A DNA stretch of 58,750 bases, from positions 1 to 58,750 of IMG/VR virus record IMGVR_UViG_3300000928_002271, one strand, 5' to 3'. How positions within the stretch are numbered: position 1 is the stretch's first letter; every line of letters begins with the position of its first letter. The position numbers were made by a program, and so were the translations under genes. Below the pieces are notes generated by a model. The model did not search any database and was not told where the DNA came from. It saw only the letters and a list, made by a program, of their open reading frames with translations. Below, one piece after another: positions 47,105 through 57,781 of the stretch. This DNA is from a virus (taxonomy: Duplodnaviria; Caudoviricetes).

Positions 47105-49426
47105 TTATTTTTTACTATTTAAGATGGGTTTAATTTTTTGAAATACTTGCCCCGGGGTAATAGACTTTTGACAGATGTGTTGTTTATCTGTACCCTTCCA
47201 AATTGGGCACCAATCCCAATCACCAGCATCAAACATAAAGTTAGGATTAGTCCAACAAGGAATACAAGCTCCCTCGTTCATAATACGAGTTACTTTAGAA
47301 GTAAATTCGTGGTTTTTATCAGCAAACCCATTAATCATTACTGTGTGTTTACCTAGTCCCCAGTTAAACCAAGATAAACCAGAGCCTAAACCAATAAATA
47401 AATCAGCGTGTAATAAGTAATTCGCTACTGTTGAGAAGGGTTGATTCCATGAATTTATGGTTCCTTGGATAAACAACTCGTTTTTAGTTAAACTAACTAC
47501 CTGATAGCCAGATTGGTTAAGTAATTTTACTAAAGTTTTCCAATAATTGATATTCCATTCTTTACAACCAGCGGTAGCATTAGGACCGATAACAACATAT
47601 TTACCTTTAATCAAACGATTTCCTTTAGAAAAATTTAAACCGTGGTTTACTTCTTTAAATTCCAAACCTAGGATATCAGTAGCAGTTTGTTGTAATGGGA
47701 TTACGTTTACTTGGTTGGGGTATTTATCAAAACAGCTCCATTTATTATCATCACCCTTAAACCAACCTACACGGTATACTGCTGCGCACGAGGTTGATTG
47801 CCCAGGTTCCATAAATTCAATATCTTTATAGGCTTCTAAACCTTTAAACCAATCATTATGGAATGTAGACATAATTACTTTACAATTATGTTTTTTAGCA
47901 AACTCTACAGCGTATGGAGTCCACGCTACAGTATCACCTAATGATTTAGATTCTAAAGTAATCAATACTCGTTGTCCCTCTAAATTAAGTTTATCTACAA
48001 CTTCACCATTTACTTTAATAATCCAGTCTGTATAGTATTTTCTGGAACAAGTAGTCCACATATTATTACTGATAGTTGTGCTATAGATTACTTTATCTGT
48101 TTTAGCATCAATAAATTCAATAAAATATGTTTCTACATTGTCACCTTTAATAAAAACTTTAGGTCCCTCTAGGTATGAAATCTCAATACGATTTGGTTTA
48201 GAAGTAGGTTTATAGGTTTCCATAAAGTTTTGGACAGTTTCCATACCAATTTCAGCTACTCTATCCCAATTAAAATCACGATGGATCAATTTAGCTTCTT
48301 CAATAGCACGTTTTTTATGGTCGGTATAATTTTCGTATGCATCGCGCATTACACGAGCTAAATCCTCAAAATCAGGCTCATAGTAATTACCAGGAATATG
48401 ATTGTCTTTAAGGTTAATACCAAAATTAAAGTAGTTGTTACCGTTGGTTGGTTTTTCACCTAATACTTTTACAGGTAAACCTTTACCCTCAGCAAATTCC
48501 ATTTGAGCACAGCATGCTGAATAGATAGATGGGGTGCCACAAGCCATAGCTTCAATTAATGGTAAATTCCATCCCTCGGCTCTAGCACAAGATAGAAACA
48601 CATGACCATTTTTCATGTATGTAATATAATCTTCTCTAGAAGGGAAGTTTTTAATTTTGATACGTGAATCAATTAAACCATAGTTTTTTAATCTATCTTC
48701 TGTAGTAGTAAAGCCATCTAAATCTTTACCCCATGGATTATCAATTGAAACAATTAAATCAACTGGTTCATTAGATTTAAATTCTTTAAGGAAGGTTTCA
48801 ATAATTTCCTTAGTAGATTTTCTATAATCCCAACGTCCAAATAAAACAAATTTAAAACGTCCGTCTACATAATCTAGTACTGTTTGGGGATCTTCAGGAT
48901 AAAACGTATTTACATCTACACCTTCGGGTACTACTTTTACTTGATCAGGATCTGCGCCCTGTTTAATAGTACACTCACGTTGCCACTTACTAGGAACCCA
49001 AATTTGATCGTATTCTAGTAATTGGTTAAAAAATTCAGTAGGTTGTTCAGTTGACTCCCAAACATTATACCCAATTTTAGGACCAATATACCCATCATAA
49101 AAGAAATGGTGGTTGGTTTCTTCTAAAACAATGTTAACATCGTGTTTAAAATCCTCACCATGATTCTGGTAGATTCTATGGTCAGTTCTTGTTCTATCAG
49201 AATTCCAGAGGGTTTGCTCGTGGAGCAACTTTTTATCAATATCTAAGATATAGGGGTTACCTTCGTGTGGTTCATCACTAGGCCAATTCCATTCTTTACC
49301 AATAGTAAAATTCCTAACCTTAACATCAGTATGTTTAGATAGGTGACGGAAAAAATCTCTAGTGTGATTAGCATAACCAGTGGTTCCTACATAAGAACCG
49401 TGAGCATAAATTTTGGGTTTTTTCAT
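47105..49426 (-). CDS. Fusion: GT4 glycosyltransferase + Aah/TibC-like protein O-heptosyltransferase
   Basis: N-half: RAEGWNLPLIEAMACGTP. C-half (from ~aa 410): SKSLGDTVAW, FIGLGSGLSW, CIPCW...FD..DWDWCP.WKGT..QHICQKSITP. Confidence 0.85.
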   Translation of the reverse strand: MKKPKIYAHGSYVGTTGYANHTRDFFRHLSKHTDVKVRNFTIGKEWNWPSDEPHEGNPYILDIDKKLLHEQTLWNSDRTRTDHRIYQNHGEDFKHDVNIVLEETNHHFFYDGYIGPKIGYNVWESTEQPTEFFNQLLEYDQIWVPSKWQRECTIKQGADPDQVKVVPEGVDVNTFYPEDPQTVLDYVDGRFKFVLFGRWDYRKSTKEIIETFLKEFKSNEPVDLIVSIDNPWGKDLDGFTTTEDRLKNYGLIDSRIKIKNFPSREDYITYMKNGHVFLSCARAEGWNLPLIEAMACGTPSIYSACCAQMEFAEGKGLPVKVLGEKPTNGNNYFNFGINLKDNHIPGNYYEPDFEDLARVMRDAYENYTDHKKRAIEEAKLIHRDFNWDRVAEIGMETVQNFMETYKPTSKPNRIEISYLEGPKVFIKGDNVETYFIEFIDAKTDKVIYSTTISNNMWTTCSRKYYTDWIIKVNGEVVDKLNLEGQRVLITLESKSLGDTVAWTPYAVEFAKKHNCKVIMSTFHNDWFKGLEAYKDIEFMEPGQSTSCAAVYRVGWFKGDDNKWSCFDKYPNQVNVIPLQQTATDILGLEFKEVNHGLNFSKGNRLIKGKYVVIGPNATAGCKEWNINYWKTLVKLLNQSGYQVVSLTKNELFIQGTINSWNQPFSTVANYLLHADLFIGLGSGLSWFNWGLGKHTVMINGFADKNHEFTSKVTRIMNEGACIPCWTNPNFMFDAGDWDWCPIWKGTDKQHICQKSITPGQVFQKIKPILNSKK

Positions 49427-49427
49427 A

Positions 49428-50177
49428 TTATCTCATTATTTCACAACCACCATCTATACCACGGGTTCCATTAAATCCGTGCCAAATGGGTTTGAGGGGT
49501 ACTTGATTATTTCTTAGATGTTGGGCTATTAATGTTTCGTTTATAAACATATCAGTATAAAACTGATAGTATTCAGGGTCCACAAATATAATACGGAGCA
49601 TGTGGGTAAACACGTTACAGTAAATTTTCATTAAATCATATCCACCAACTGCGAATGTATCATTTAGCTGATCGGCCATTTTCCAATGTGGTGGGTATTC
49701 AAAATAATGAATGTAGTTTGGGTCATATTTAGTAACGTCTTCTAATAAGGGGCAATTATTAGCTACTCGGTGGGTAAATAATAAATCGTATCGAGTTTTA
49801 ATAACTAAATCATACTTAATACCTGTTGCCTCCATTAAATCCCAAGAGCGTTTTAATGATAACCACATACTCATTTGGGAATTAAGGCGTTGATTGTTTG
49901 GACCTTTTAAATCAGCAGCATCAAATTTAATAGCAGGTTCAAATAAATAATCTTTAGGTTGATACCAATCAACTAAATTCTGATATAAATTATTCTCTAC
50001 ATTATAAACCTTCTGTAATTTACCTTCATTAAAGAAATCATATTTGTGGAATACTTTATCTTCCCAAGCGTGTAAATACACATCGACATCATATCTATCT
50101 AAAAACCATTTTTTTAGGTCTTTAAATCCATTTCTATACCTACGTGGTTGACCACTAACTAATATTGCTATTTTCAT
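49428..50177 (-). CDS. Putative glycosyltransferase-like protein (SGQPR family), paralog 1
   Basis: MKIAILVSGQPR, DVYLHAW, YDLVIKTRYDL, NDTFA. Confidence 0.55.
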   Translation of the reverse strand: MKIAILVSGQPRRYRNGFKDLKKWFLDRYDVDVYLHAWEDKVFHKYDFFNEGKLQKVYNVENNLYQNLVDWYQPKDYLFEPAIKFDAADLKGPNNQRLNSQMSMWLSLKRSWDLMEATGIKYDLVIKTRYDLLFTHRVANNCPLLEDVTKYDPNYIHYFEYPPHWKMADQLNDTFAVGGYDLMKIYCNVFTHMLRIIFVDPEYYQFYTDMFINETLIAQHLRNNQVPLKPIWHGFNGTRGIDGGCEIMR

Positions 50178-50938
50178 CGTAATATGTTAGCTGTAAAATA
50201 TTCTGTTAGACTTTTTACGTAATTTATTTCTACTTCATTAGAAACTAAGTGGTATTTTAATACTGTTTCTGGGTGGATTGGGTCAGGGTTTTCAGATATG
50301 ACTGTATCTAACCACGCTTTATACGCATCATTCATGTAAATATAGGATATCGCATACGTGAAATAATCAGCATAAATACCCGCAATTTCAGGCGAACTAA
50401 CGGCAAATAAATCATCAACCTCGGAGTGTCTTGTTGTGTGGCCTTCAGGTGTTAATGGATATTCAAATACATTAAGTTTATTAGGGTCTAATAAAGATAA
50501 ATCTTTTAGAAATAGACATTCGGGTGAAATATAATCAGTAAATTCTAGATCAAATCTAGTTCTAATAATTAAATCATATTCAATTCCAGAGTTTCTAACT
50601 AAATTATAACAAGCATGGATTGAATAAGAAGCACTTAATAAACTATTTAATTTATAATTTAAGGGCGTTCCTTTAATATTAGTTGTATCAAATGGAATAG
50701 GTTTTTGAAAAAAATAATCCTTAGGTTTAAATAGATCTAATATTTTAGAATAGTCATCGTCTTCAAATTCATATGTTCTAGCCTGAGCGAATTTATGACC
50801 TGCTTCCATAGCAGAGTCATCTTTCCAAGTATGAATGTAAATATCACAATCATACTTAGAAAGAAACCATTTTTTTAATTCGGCAAACCCTTGTTTGTAA
50901 TTACGAGGTTGACCACTAATACAAACTGCTATTTTCAT
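50174..50938 (-). CDS. Putative glycosyltransferase-like protein (SGQPR family), paralog 2
   Basis: MKIAVCISGQPR, DIYIHTW, YDLIIRTRFDL, DDLFA. Confidence 0.55.
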   Translation of the reverse strand: MKIAVCISGQPRNYKQGFAELKKWFLSKYDCDIYIHTWKDDSAMEAGHKFAQARTYEFEDDDYSKILDLFKPKDYFFQKPIPFDTTNIKGTPLNYKLNSLLSASYSIHACYNLVRNSGIEYDLIIRTRFDLEFTDYISPECLFLKDLSLLDPNKLNVFEYPLTPEGHTTRHSEVDDLFAVSSPEIAGIYADYFTYAISYIYMNDAYKAWLDTVISENPDPIHPETVLKYHLVSNEVEINYVKSLTEYFTANILR

Positions 50939-51552
50939 TATCTATAGTGACCTCCTCCTAACCATAATACAAATGATTTACGAGTACCTTTAGTAACTGG
51001 GGTGACTCTATGCATCATAAATGATGGGAAAATTACTACATTACCTTTACCTCGTGGTGCTGTATATGGGTATTGACCACCTGTCCAAATTTGTAAATCA
51101 CCACCTTCGTATTCATCGGGGCTTGAGAGTTGGACTGTAATAGAGATTTTACGGAATTTCATAAAACCATCTGCTCCAATATCCATGTGCCAATCATAGT
51201 GACCTTTGTTTGATCCATAATATTCTGTGTATTGAATATTTTCGGGCATGTTGTGGATATCAAATTGAAACATTTCAGAGTTAGCTGTCATAGCCATTTC
51301 TCCTAATTTGTCATAAATCCATTTAGTTTCGGGAGAAAACGGCATCCATTTAATTTGTGAATTACGCGCTTCTAAACCCTCGCCTTGATCTTGACCACCA
51401 GCCTCTGTAATACCAGGTTGGAAAGGAACATCAAGTACTTGTTGTTCAATTAATTCTAATTCTTCAGGTGTGAAACCTTCACCAAACCAATAATAGTTGG
51501 TTTGATTGACATACTTGTCAAATGGTAATGGAAATGAATAGGTTGAATCCAT
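50938..51552 (-). CDS. 2OG-Fe(II) dioxygenase (P4Hc/PKHD-type)
   Basis: WHMD...RKISITVQLS..EYEGGDL...FPSFMMHRVTPVTKGTRKS (HxD...H...R). Confidence 0.92.
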   Translation of the reverse strand: MDSTYSFPLPFDKYVNQTNYYWFGEGFTPEELELIEQQVLDVPFQPGITEAGGQDQGEGLEARNSQIKWMPFSPETKWIYDKLGEMAMTANSEMFQFDIHNMPENIQYTEYYGSNKGHYDWHMDIGADGFMKFRKISITVQLSSPDEYEGGDLQIWTGGQYPYTAPRGKGNVVIFPSFMMHRVTPVTKGTRKSFVLWLGGGHYR

Positions 51553-51555
51553 AAT

Positions 51556-53931
51556 TTATTTTTTGGTAAATGAAACTAATATGTAACGTGTGCCTTCTTC
51601 TACTGGTCTACCCCCGTGGAGGTGAGTAATAGTACCTGGGTGAGACATAACGTTACCAATTTTACGTGGTTGAACTGTTGTTTTATATTTGGGTAAATAG
51701 GTACCTCCACCTTTAAAATCATTATTTAATCTTACGTTCAATGTAATAACAGAATCGTCGTGATGCAAGTCTAAACTACCCTGATTTACAGTATCATATT
51801 TAGCGATAAAATTTTCACTGCCTAGAGTTTTCCAGGTATCACCTGTAAGTTCCCAATACCAAATCCAAATTGGATATACAAATTCCTCTAATACTCTTTG
51901 GTAAATATGTTGTACACCTAAACTTTCCATTGTTTGGTCAGTTGTAGGATAAAATTCATGGCGATCAGTTACCCAAGTATTATTTTCAGCTAATTCGATA
52001 ATTTCATTACAGAATTTTTCAGTAAATAATGGGAATTCAATTACGTTAGGAGCAATTTCATCTACCATCAAACGTGATTGACCTTTGCGAATAAAAGGAT
52101 TAATGTATTTATCACACCATTCTTCCCAATTTTGAATTTGCATAATTTCAGGCAAATCACTTAATACAGTAGGTTCAGGTCTAACATAAAATGTAGTACC
52201 TGGGCTGGCTTTTTGTTCGTAATAATTAACAATGGGAGCGGCTGCTTTTAATCGAGTTTTACCACTATATTCACCTAAAATTTCCTGACGATGAGTCATT
52301 CCATAGGTAATAGGTAAAAATTCATCAATAGCAAACATAGCTCCTTTAAATTGTTCAAGATATTCCTCTACTAAAATTTGAATACCTTTTTTAGATAAAA
52401 TATAAGCATGAGCATTGTATGAATAATCAGGTTCAACCCAACCTAAAACACCTTCGATAGGTTGTTCTAAATCTGCTTTGAGAGCACTACGACCTAAATA
52501 AATTAGATCATAACCCATATCTAATAGTTGTTGAACCTGGTCCCAGGGTACTTGGATTTCTTCGTGGAAATCATCCTCAAAAATAATAGCTACTTCGTGG
52601 TCTTTAGCATATGAATCTACCCAAGCATCTACGTGAGAGAGTGAACAACCTAATTCACCATCCATTACATCACGAGACCACCATTCATTAGGAGTATTAA
52701 ATTTCCAACGTGGATGTTTTTTAACACCAAATTTTTCTAAAATTTCGGGGAATTCAGGTGATTTAGCATTAAATCCAGGTTTAATCCAGTATGGGGTATT
52801 AGGTTCTGGGAGATTGACGTTTGTGCATTTTTCCTGTAATTCAGGCGTTTCATTTGTGCTTAGAACGTAGAAATAATCAATTTTCATATTTAACTTTGTT
52901 ATTAATGGTAACCATTTGTCTTTTGTAACAATTCTCCAATCATTATAATGTATATAGGATTTAACTAAATTCCAATTTATATTTTCATAAATATTACGAG
53001 TATTAAACCCATGTAATGTTTCTTTTAACCCTCCCCATTCCCACGTTATTGGTTGAACCTTATGCCCTAACATTTCTAGGGCAGTGATACAGAATGTTTC
53101 TTCATAATCACTAGGGTAATACCAATATGAACTACTTGCCATTAGTGGGTATAGTTCTTGTTGGGGTAATGTACCAACAAATTCTACACCATCCAAACTA
53201 TCTACCCATTCTTTAAAATAAAGATTATAATATTCTAACCCATATGCTGGAGTAGCTATTTTTAAAGTAGCGTCAGGAGTATTTTTTACAATAGAAGGCC
53301 ATTCCTCCAATAAACGTTGTAACCCACGTTCAGCGTGGGAGGTGTAGATGTATTGATTATCGTTTTTTATATTATGTTTTTGGTTACCTGGGAATAGTTT
53401 TCCTTGTTTTATTTTGGGGGTAGGCCAAACATCTATAAAATTGGATTTTTCAACACCATTTCCAATAACAATAGTTTTACCTAACGCTTCGGGGAATTGT
53501 TCTATAAATTTATTTTGATGCCAATAGGTTAAACATACTATATGAGATAATTTAGGATGTTTTAATAATTCTCTATGGTTTTTTAATTCAGTACCTCTCC
53601 ACCAAGTAAAATAATCAGTGTTATGAACCCAAAATATAGAGTTTTTGTAATTAAAATCCTCAAATTCCTTTAAATAATGAATATATGATGTAGCTATAAT
53701 AGTGTCTACTGAATCAGTCTCATTTTTGAATGTTTGAGTGGTTCTGTATTTGACTTTATCGTAATCACCTTCGATTACATCGCCTACTACCCATACCTCG
53801 TTTCCGGGATACGATACCAAATATTTGGAGAGATACAGAACACATTGTTCTGTACCTCCCAAACCAGTTGAATTTATAAATGTTGGGTTCCAAGGTTTAT
53901 TTTGATATCCCGTGTATAAAACTATTTTCAT
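51556..53931 (-). CDS. Tri-domain enzyme: GT4-like + GT25 (COLGALT-like) + PLOD-like lysyl hydroxylase
   Basis: aa 1-345: GLGGTE, ETFCITALE. aa 349-580: GELGCSLSH, FEDD, DLIYLGR, DYSYNAHAY, IDEFLP. aa 600-791: FPLFTEKFC, YPTTD, NFIAKY, HHDDSVITLNV, GGGT, HPGTITHLHGG, GTRYILVSF. Confidence 0.88.
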   Translation of the reverse strand: MKIVLYTGYQNKPWNPTFINSTGLGGTEQCVLYLSKYLVSYPGNEVWVVGDVIEGDYDKVKYRTTQTFKNETDSVDTIIATSYIHYLKEFEDFNYKNSIFWVHNTDYFTWWRGTELKNHRELLKHPKLSHIVCLTYWHQNKFIEQFPEALGKTIVIGNGVEKSNFIDVWPTPKIKQGKLFPGNQKHNIKNDNQYIYTSHAERGLQRLLEEWPSIVKNTPDATLKIATPAYGLEYYNLYFKEWVDSLDGVEFVGTLPQQELYPLMASSSYWYYPSDYEETFCITALEMLGHKVQPITWEWGGLKETLHGFNTRNIYENINWNLVKSYIHYNDWRIVTKDKWLPLITKLNMKIDYFYVLSTNETPELQEKCTNVNLPEPNTPYWIKPGFNAKSPEFPEILEKFGVKKHPRWKFNTPNEWWSRDVMDGELGCSLSHVDAWVDSYAKDHEVAIIFEDDFHEEIQVPWDQVQQLLDMGYDLIYLGRSALKADLEQPIEGVLGWVEPDYSYNAHAYILSKKGIQILVEEYLEQFKGAMFAIDEFLPITYGMTHRQEILGEYSGKTRLKAAAPIVNYYEQKASPGTTFYVRPEPTVLSDLPEIMQIQNWEEWCDKYINPFIRKGQSRLMVDEIAPNVIEFPLFTEKFCNEIIELAENNTWVTDRHEFYPTTDQTMESLGVQHIYQRVLEEFVYPIWIWYWELTGDTWKTLGSENFIAKYDTVNQGSLDLHHDDSVITLNVRLNNDFKGGGTYLPKYKTTVQPRKIGNVMSHPGTITHLHGGRPVEEGTRYILVSFTKK

Positions 53932-53957
53932 TAAAATTAAAACCTATTTTCGTTTTT

Positions 53958-56900
53958 TTACATTCTTACTGCATCAATTAAATATCCTGAATCGAATGAT
54001 AATAACCAAGTGGGTTGTCTAGTTCCTAGGTTTAAATCATAGTCTCCAGATATACCAATATCTACGTTTTGACCTCCAGGTGCACCTTTTGGACCGATTG
54101 GACCTTGTGGACCGATTGGACCGATTGGACCTCTTGCTCCAATACCTGCAGCTGGGCCGATTGGACCAATAGCACCAATTGGGCCTTGTGGTCCTGGTAA
54201 ACCGCTACTACGGAACCAATATGCTGTATTAGTATAGCTAATTGTTCCAGGGGGGGGATTTTGGATACAATAGTAGATATTAGGGTATGGTAATTCAGCA
54301 ACTTTAACACCATCTCCTACGTAAAATGATTCGTTAATATCCCAAATACTCAAATTTGGGGAATTATATGCTAAACCACCAGCACCTTTAGGACCTATTG
54401 GACCGATTGCTCCGATTCCGGCATTATTACCTCTTGGACCACGAGGACCGATAGCACCAATTCCGGCATTTGGACCTGCAGCACCTTGTGGACCTCTTGG
54501 ACCAATGTTACCAATACCAGCATTGTCACCTTGAGGACCGATTGGACCAATGGGGCCTTTAGCTCCGATTCCAGGAGTAACACCTACAGGACCTCTTGGA
54601 CCAATGGGGCCTTTAGCTCCGATTCCAGGAGTAACACCTACAGGACCTCTTGGACCAATTGGACCGATAGCTCCAATGCCAGCATCTGTACCTCTTGGAC
54701 CAATTGCACCTCTTGGACCAATAGCACCTTGTGCACCGATTGGACCAATAGAGCCAATAGGACCTTGAGGTCCAATAGCTCCAATTCCAGGAGTTACACC
54801 AACCGGACCTCTTGGACCAATAGCACCAATAGCTCCAATTCCAGGAGTTACACCTACTGGACCACGAGGACCAATAGCACCAATTCCGGCATTAGCACCT
54901 TGAGGACCTCTTGGACCAATGGGGCCTTTAGCTCCGATTCCAGGAGTAACACCTACAGGACCTCTTGGACCAATTGGACCTCTTGCTCCAATACCAGCGG
55001 AATCACCTACTGGACCACGAGGACCAATAGCACCAATTCCAGGAGTGACACCTTGAGGACCTCTTGGACCAATAGCACCAATAGCTCCAATTCCAGGAGT
55101 TACACCAACCGGACCTCTTGGACCAATTGGACCTCTTGCTCCAATTCCAGGAGTTACACCAACCGGACCTCTTGGACCAATTGGACCTCTTGCTCCAATA
55201 CCAGCGTTATCACCTAATGGACCACGAGGACCAATAGCACCAATTCCGGCATTAGCACCTTGAGGACCTCTTGGACCAATAGTACCAATAGCTCCAATTC
55301 CAGGAGTTACACCAACCGGACCTCTTGGACCAATTGGACCTCTTGCTCCAATACCAGCGTTATCACCTAATGGACCACGAGCACCAATTGGACCTCTAGC
55401 TCCAATACCTGGGGTGACACCTACAGGACCACGGGGACCAATAGCACCAATTCCGGCATCTGTACCTCTTGGACCAATTGGACCAATAGCTCCAATTCCA
55501 GGAGTGACACCAACCGGACCTCTTGGACCAATATTACCAATGTTACCAATTGGACCTCTATTTCCTATATTACCAATGTTACCAATTGGACCTCTTGGAC
55601 CAATAGCTCCAATTCCAGGAGTTACACCAACCGGACCGCGAGCACCAATTGGACCAATAGCTCCAATACCCGGGGTGACACCTACAGGACCTCTTGGGCC
55701 AATGTTACCAATGTTACCAATTGGACCTCTTGGACCAATTGCACCAATAACACCTTGAACTCCTTGTGGGCCGATAGCTCCAATACCTGGAGTAACACCT
55801 ACGGGACCACGGGGACCAATATTACCAATGTTTCCGATTGGGCCTCTATTTCCAATATTACCAATATTACCTTGAACACCTTGTGGACCAATAGCTCCAA
55901 TTCCGGGAGTTACACCTACAGGACCTCTTGGGCCGATGTTACCGATAGCTCCAATTGCACCTGAGGGGCCGATTGGACCACGAGGACCAATAGCTCCAAT
56001 TCCAGGAGTTACACCAACCGGACCGCGAGCACCAATTGGACCAATAGCTCCAATTGCACCTGAGGGGCCGATTGGACCACGAGGACCGATAGCACCAATT
56101 CCAGGAGTGACACCTACAGGACCACGAGGACCGATAGCACCAATTGGACCTTGAACACCTTGAGGTCCGATTGGACCCTGTTGTGTTGGACCTAATGGAC
56201 CGATTGGACCAATAGCTCCAATAGCTCCTTGATCACCTGTAACTGTACCACGTGGACCAATATCACCTCCTGGACCTAGAGGGCCGATGGGACCTTGTTG
56301 GGTAGGACCAATTGGACCAATAGCTCCAATAGCTCCCTGGTCACCAGTAGTAGTACCACGTGGTCCTATATTACCTATATTTCCTTGTGGACCGATTGGG
56401 CCCTGTTGAGTAGGACCAATTGGGCCAATAGCTCCAATTGCACCTTGGTCTCCTACAGCTGTACCGCGAGGACCAATGTTACCTATATTTCCTTGTGGAC
56501 CGATTGGGCCCTGTTGAGTAGGACCAATTGGGCCAATAGCTCCAATTGCACCTTGGTCTCCAACTTCTGTACCACGTGGTCCAATATTACCAATGTTACC
56601 AATGTTTCCAATTGGACCCTGTTGAGTAGGACCAATTGGGCCAATTGCACCAATAGGGCCTTGGTCTCCTACAGCTGTACCGCGAGGACCAATGTTACCT
56701 ATATTTCCTTGTGGGCCGATTGGACCCTGTTGAGTAGGACCAATTGGGCCAATAGCTCCAATTGCACCTTGGTCTCCTACAGCTGTACCGCGAGGACCAA
56801 TGGGACCTTGAACACCTTGAGGTCCGATAGGACCTTGTTGTGTTGGACCAATTGGACCGATTGGGCCGATTGCACCAACAGGACCTTGGTCTCCTGTAGC

Positions 56901-57758
56901 TGTACCACGTGGGCCAATATTACCTTGTGGGCCTAATGGACCTAATGGACCTTGTTGTGTTGGGCCTAGTGGACCGATTGGACCAATAGCACCAATAGCT
57001 CCTTGATCACCAACTTCTGTACCACGTGGTCCAATTGCTCCTATTACACCTGGATTGCCAATTAGGCCGATTGGGCCTATTGCACCAATAGGACCTTGAT
57101 CTCCGGTAGCTGTGCCTCGTGGACCAATTGCTCCGATAGCACCAATAGGACCAATTGGACCTTGTTGTGTTGGACCTAATGGACCAATTGGACCGATAGC
57201 ACCGACTGGGCCTTGGTCTCCTACAGCTGTACCGCGGGGACCAATTGCTCCAATAGGACCTTGTAGGCCAATTGGACCAATTGCTCCAATTGCACCATTT
57301 GGACCTTGATCTCCTACAGCTGTACCGCGTGGACCAATTGTACCAATATTACCTTGTGGACCTAATGTACCAATTGGACCTATAGCACCGACTGGGCCTT
57401 GGTCTCCTACAGCTGTACCGCGGGGACCAATTGCTCCAATAGGACCTTGTGGGCCTGTTAAATTAATAGCTCCCCCACCATTACCTACAATAACTAATTG
57501 TTTAGTATTAGTGTCATAGTAAATATCACCAGCAAGAGCATCACTAGGAATAGCGCTTCTAACTGGGAGATTTAATAACGCTCCATCTGGAATAGAAACT
57601 CTACTGCGGGTAGGATCTAAAGATAATAGAGTCGTACCTGAGGTATCAGTTATAGATACCCCAGTTGACGATTCATATGTGAGTTTGATGTTACCAACTC
57701 CATCTTCAATAAAATCTAAACTCCCTGAGTTGGGAATTATCTGGACATTTTTAGCCAT
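53958..57758 (-). CDS. Collagen-like tail fibre protein 1 (1266 aa)
   Basis: About 1030 aa of interrupted Gly-X-Y repeats ([12 protein letters not shown]) between a ~100-aa N-terminal domain and a C-terminal region with a W...GD.V...Y.C module. Confidence 0.88.
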   Translation of the reverse strand: MAKNVQIIPNSGSLDFIEDGVGNIKLTYESSTGVSITDTSGTTLLSLDPTRSRVSIPDGALLNLPVRSAIPSDALAGDIYYDTNTKQLVIVGNGGGAINLTGPQGPIGAIGPRGTAVGDQGPVGAIGPIGTLGPQGNIGTIGPRGTAVGDQGPNGAIGAIGPIGLQGPIGAIGPRGTAVGDQGPVGAIGPIGPLGPTQQGPIGPIGAIGAIGPRGTATGDQGPIGAIGPIGLIGNPGVIGAIGPRGTEVGDQGAIGAIGPIGPLGPTQQGPLGPLGPQGNIGPRGTATGDQGPVGAIGPIGPIGPTQQGPIGPQGVQGPIGPRGTAVGDQGAIGAIGPIGPTQQGPIGPQGNIGNIGPRGTAVGDQGPIGAIGPIGPTQQGPIGNIGNIGNIGPRGTEVGDQGAIGAIGPIGPTQQGPIGPQGNIGNIGPRGTAVGDQGAIGAIGPIGPTQQGPIGPQGNIGNIGPRGTTTGDQGAIGAIGPIGPTQQGPIGPLGPGGDIGPRGTVTGDQGAIGAIGPIGPLGPTQQGPIGPQGVQGPIGAIGPRGPVGVTPGIGAIGPRGPIGPSGAIGAIGPIGARGPVGVTPGIGAIGPRGPIGPSGAIGAIGNIGPRGPVGVTPGIGAIGPQGVQGNIGNIGNRGPIGNIGNIGPRGPVGVTPGIGAIGPQGVQGVIGAIGPRGPIGNIGNIGPRGPVGVTPGIGAIGPIGARGPVGVTPGIGAIGPRGPIGNIGNIGNRGPIGNIGNIGPRGPVGVTPGIGAIGPIGPRGTDAGIGAIGPRGPVGVTPGIGARGPIGARGPLGDNAGIGARGPIGPRGPVGVTPGIGAIGTIGPRGPQGANAGIGAIGPRGPLGDNAGIGARGPIGPRGPVGVTPGIGARGPIGPRGPVGVTPGIGAIGAIGPRGPQGVTPGIGAIGPRGPVGDSAGIGARGPIGPRGPVGVTPGIGAKGPIGPRGPQGANAGIGAIGPRGPVGVTPGIGAIGAIGPRGPVGVTPGIGAIGPQGPIGSIGPIGAQGAIGPRGAIGPRGTDAGIGAIGPIGPRGPVGVTPGIGAKGPIGPRGPVGVTPGIGAKGPIGPIGPQGDNAGIGNIGPRGPQGAAGPNAGIGAIGPRGPRGNNAGIGAIGPIGPKGAGGLAYNSPNLSIWDINESFYVGDGVKVAELPYPNIYYCIQNPPPGTISYTNTAYWFRSSGLPGPQGPIGAIGPIGPAAGIGARGPIGPIGPQGPIGPKGAPGGQNVDIGISGDYDLNLGTRQPTWLLSFDSGYLIDAVRM
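54080..57455. repeat. Coding tandem repeats (9-bp-based ggaccaatt/ggacctctt units) of collagen fibre 1
   Basis: Hierarchical degenerate repeats with synonymous variation. Confidence 0.9.
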
Positions 57759-57781
57759 ATCTTAATATTACCCTACTATTA

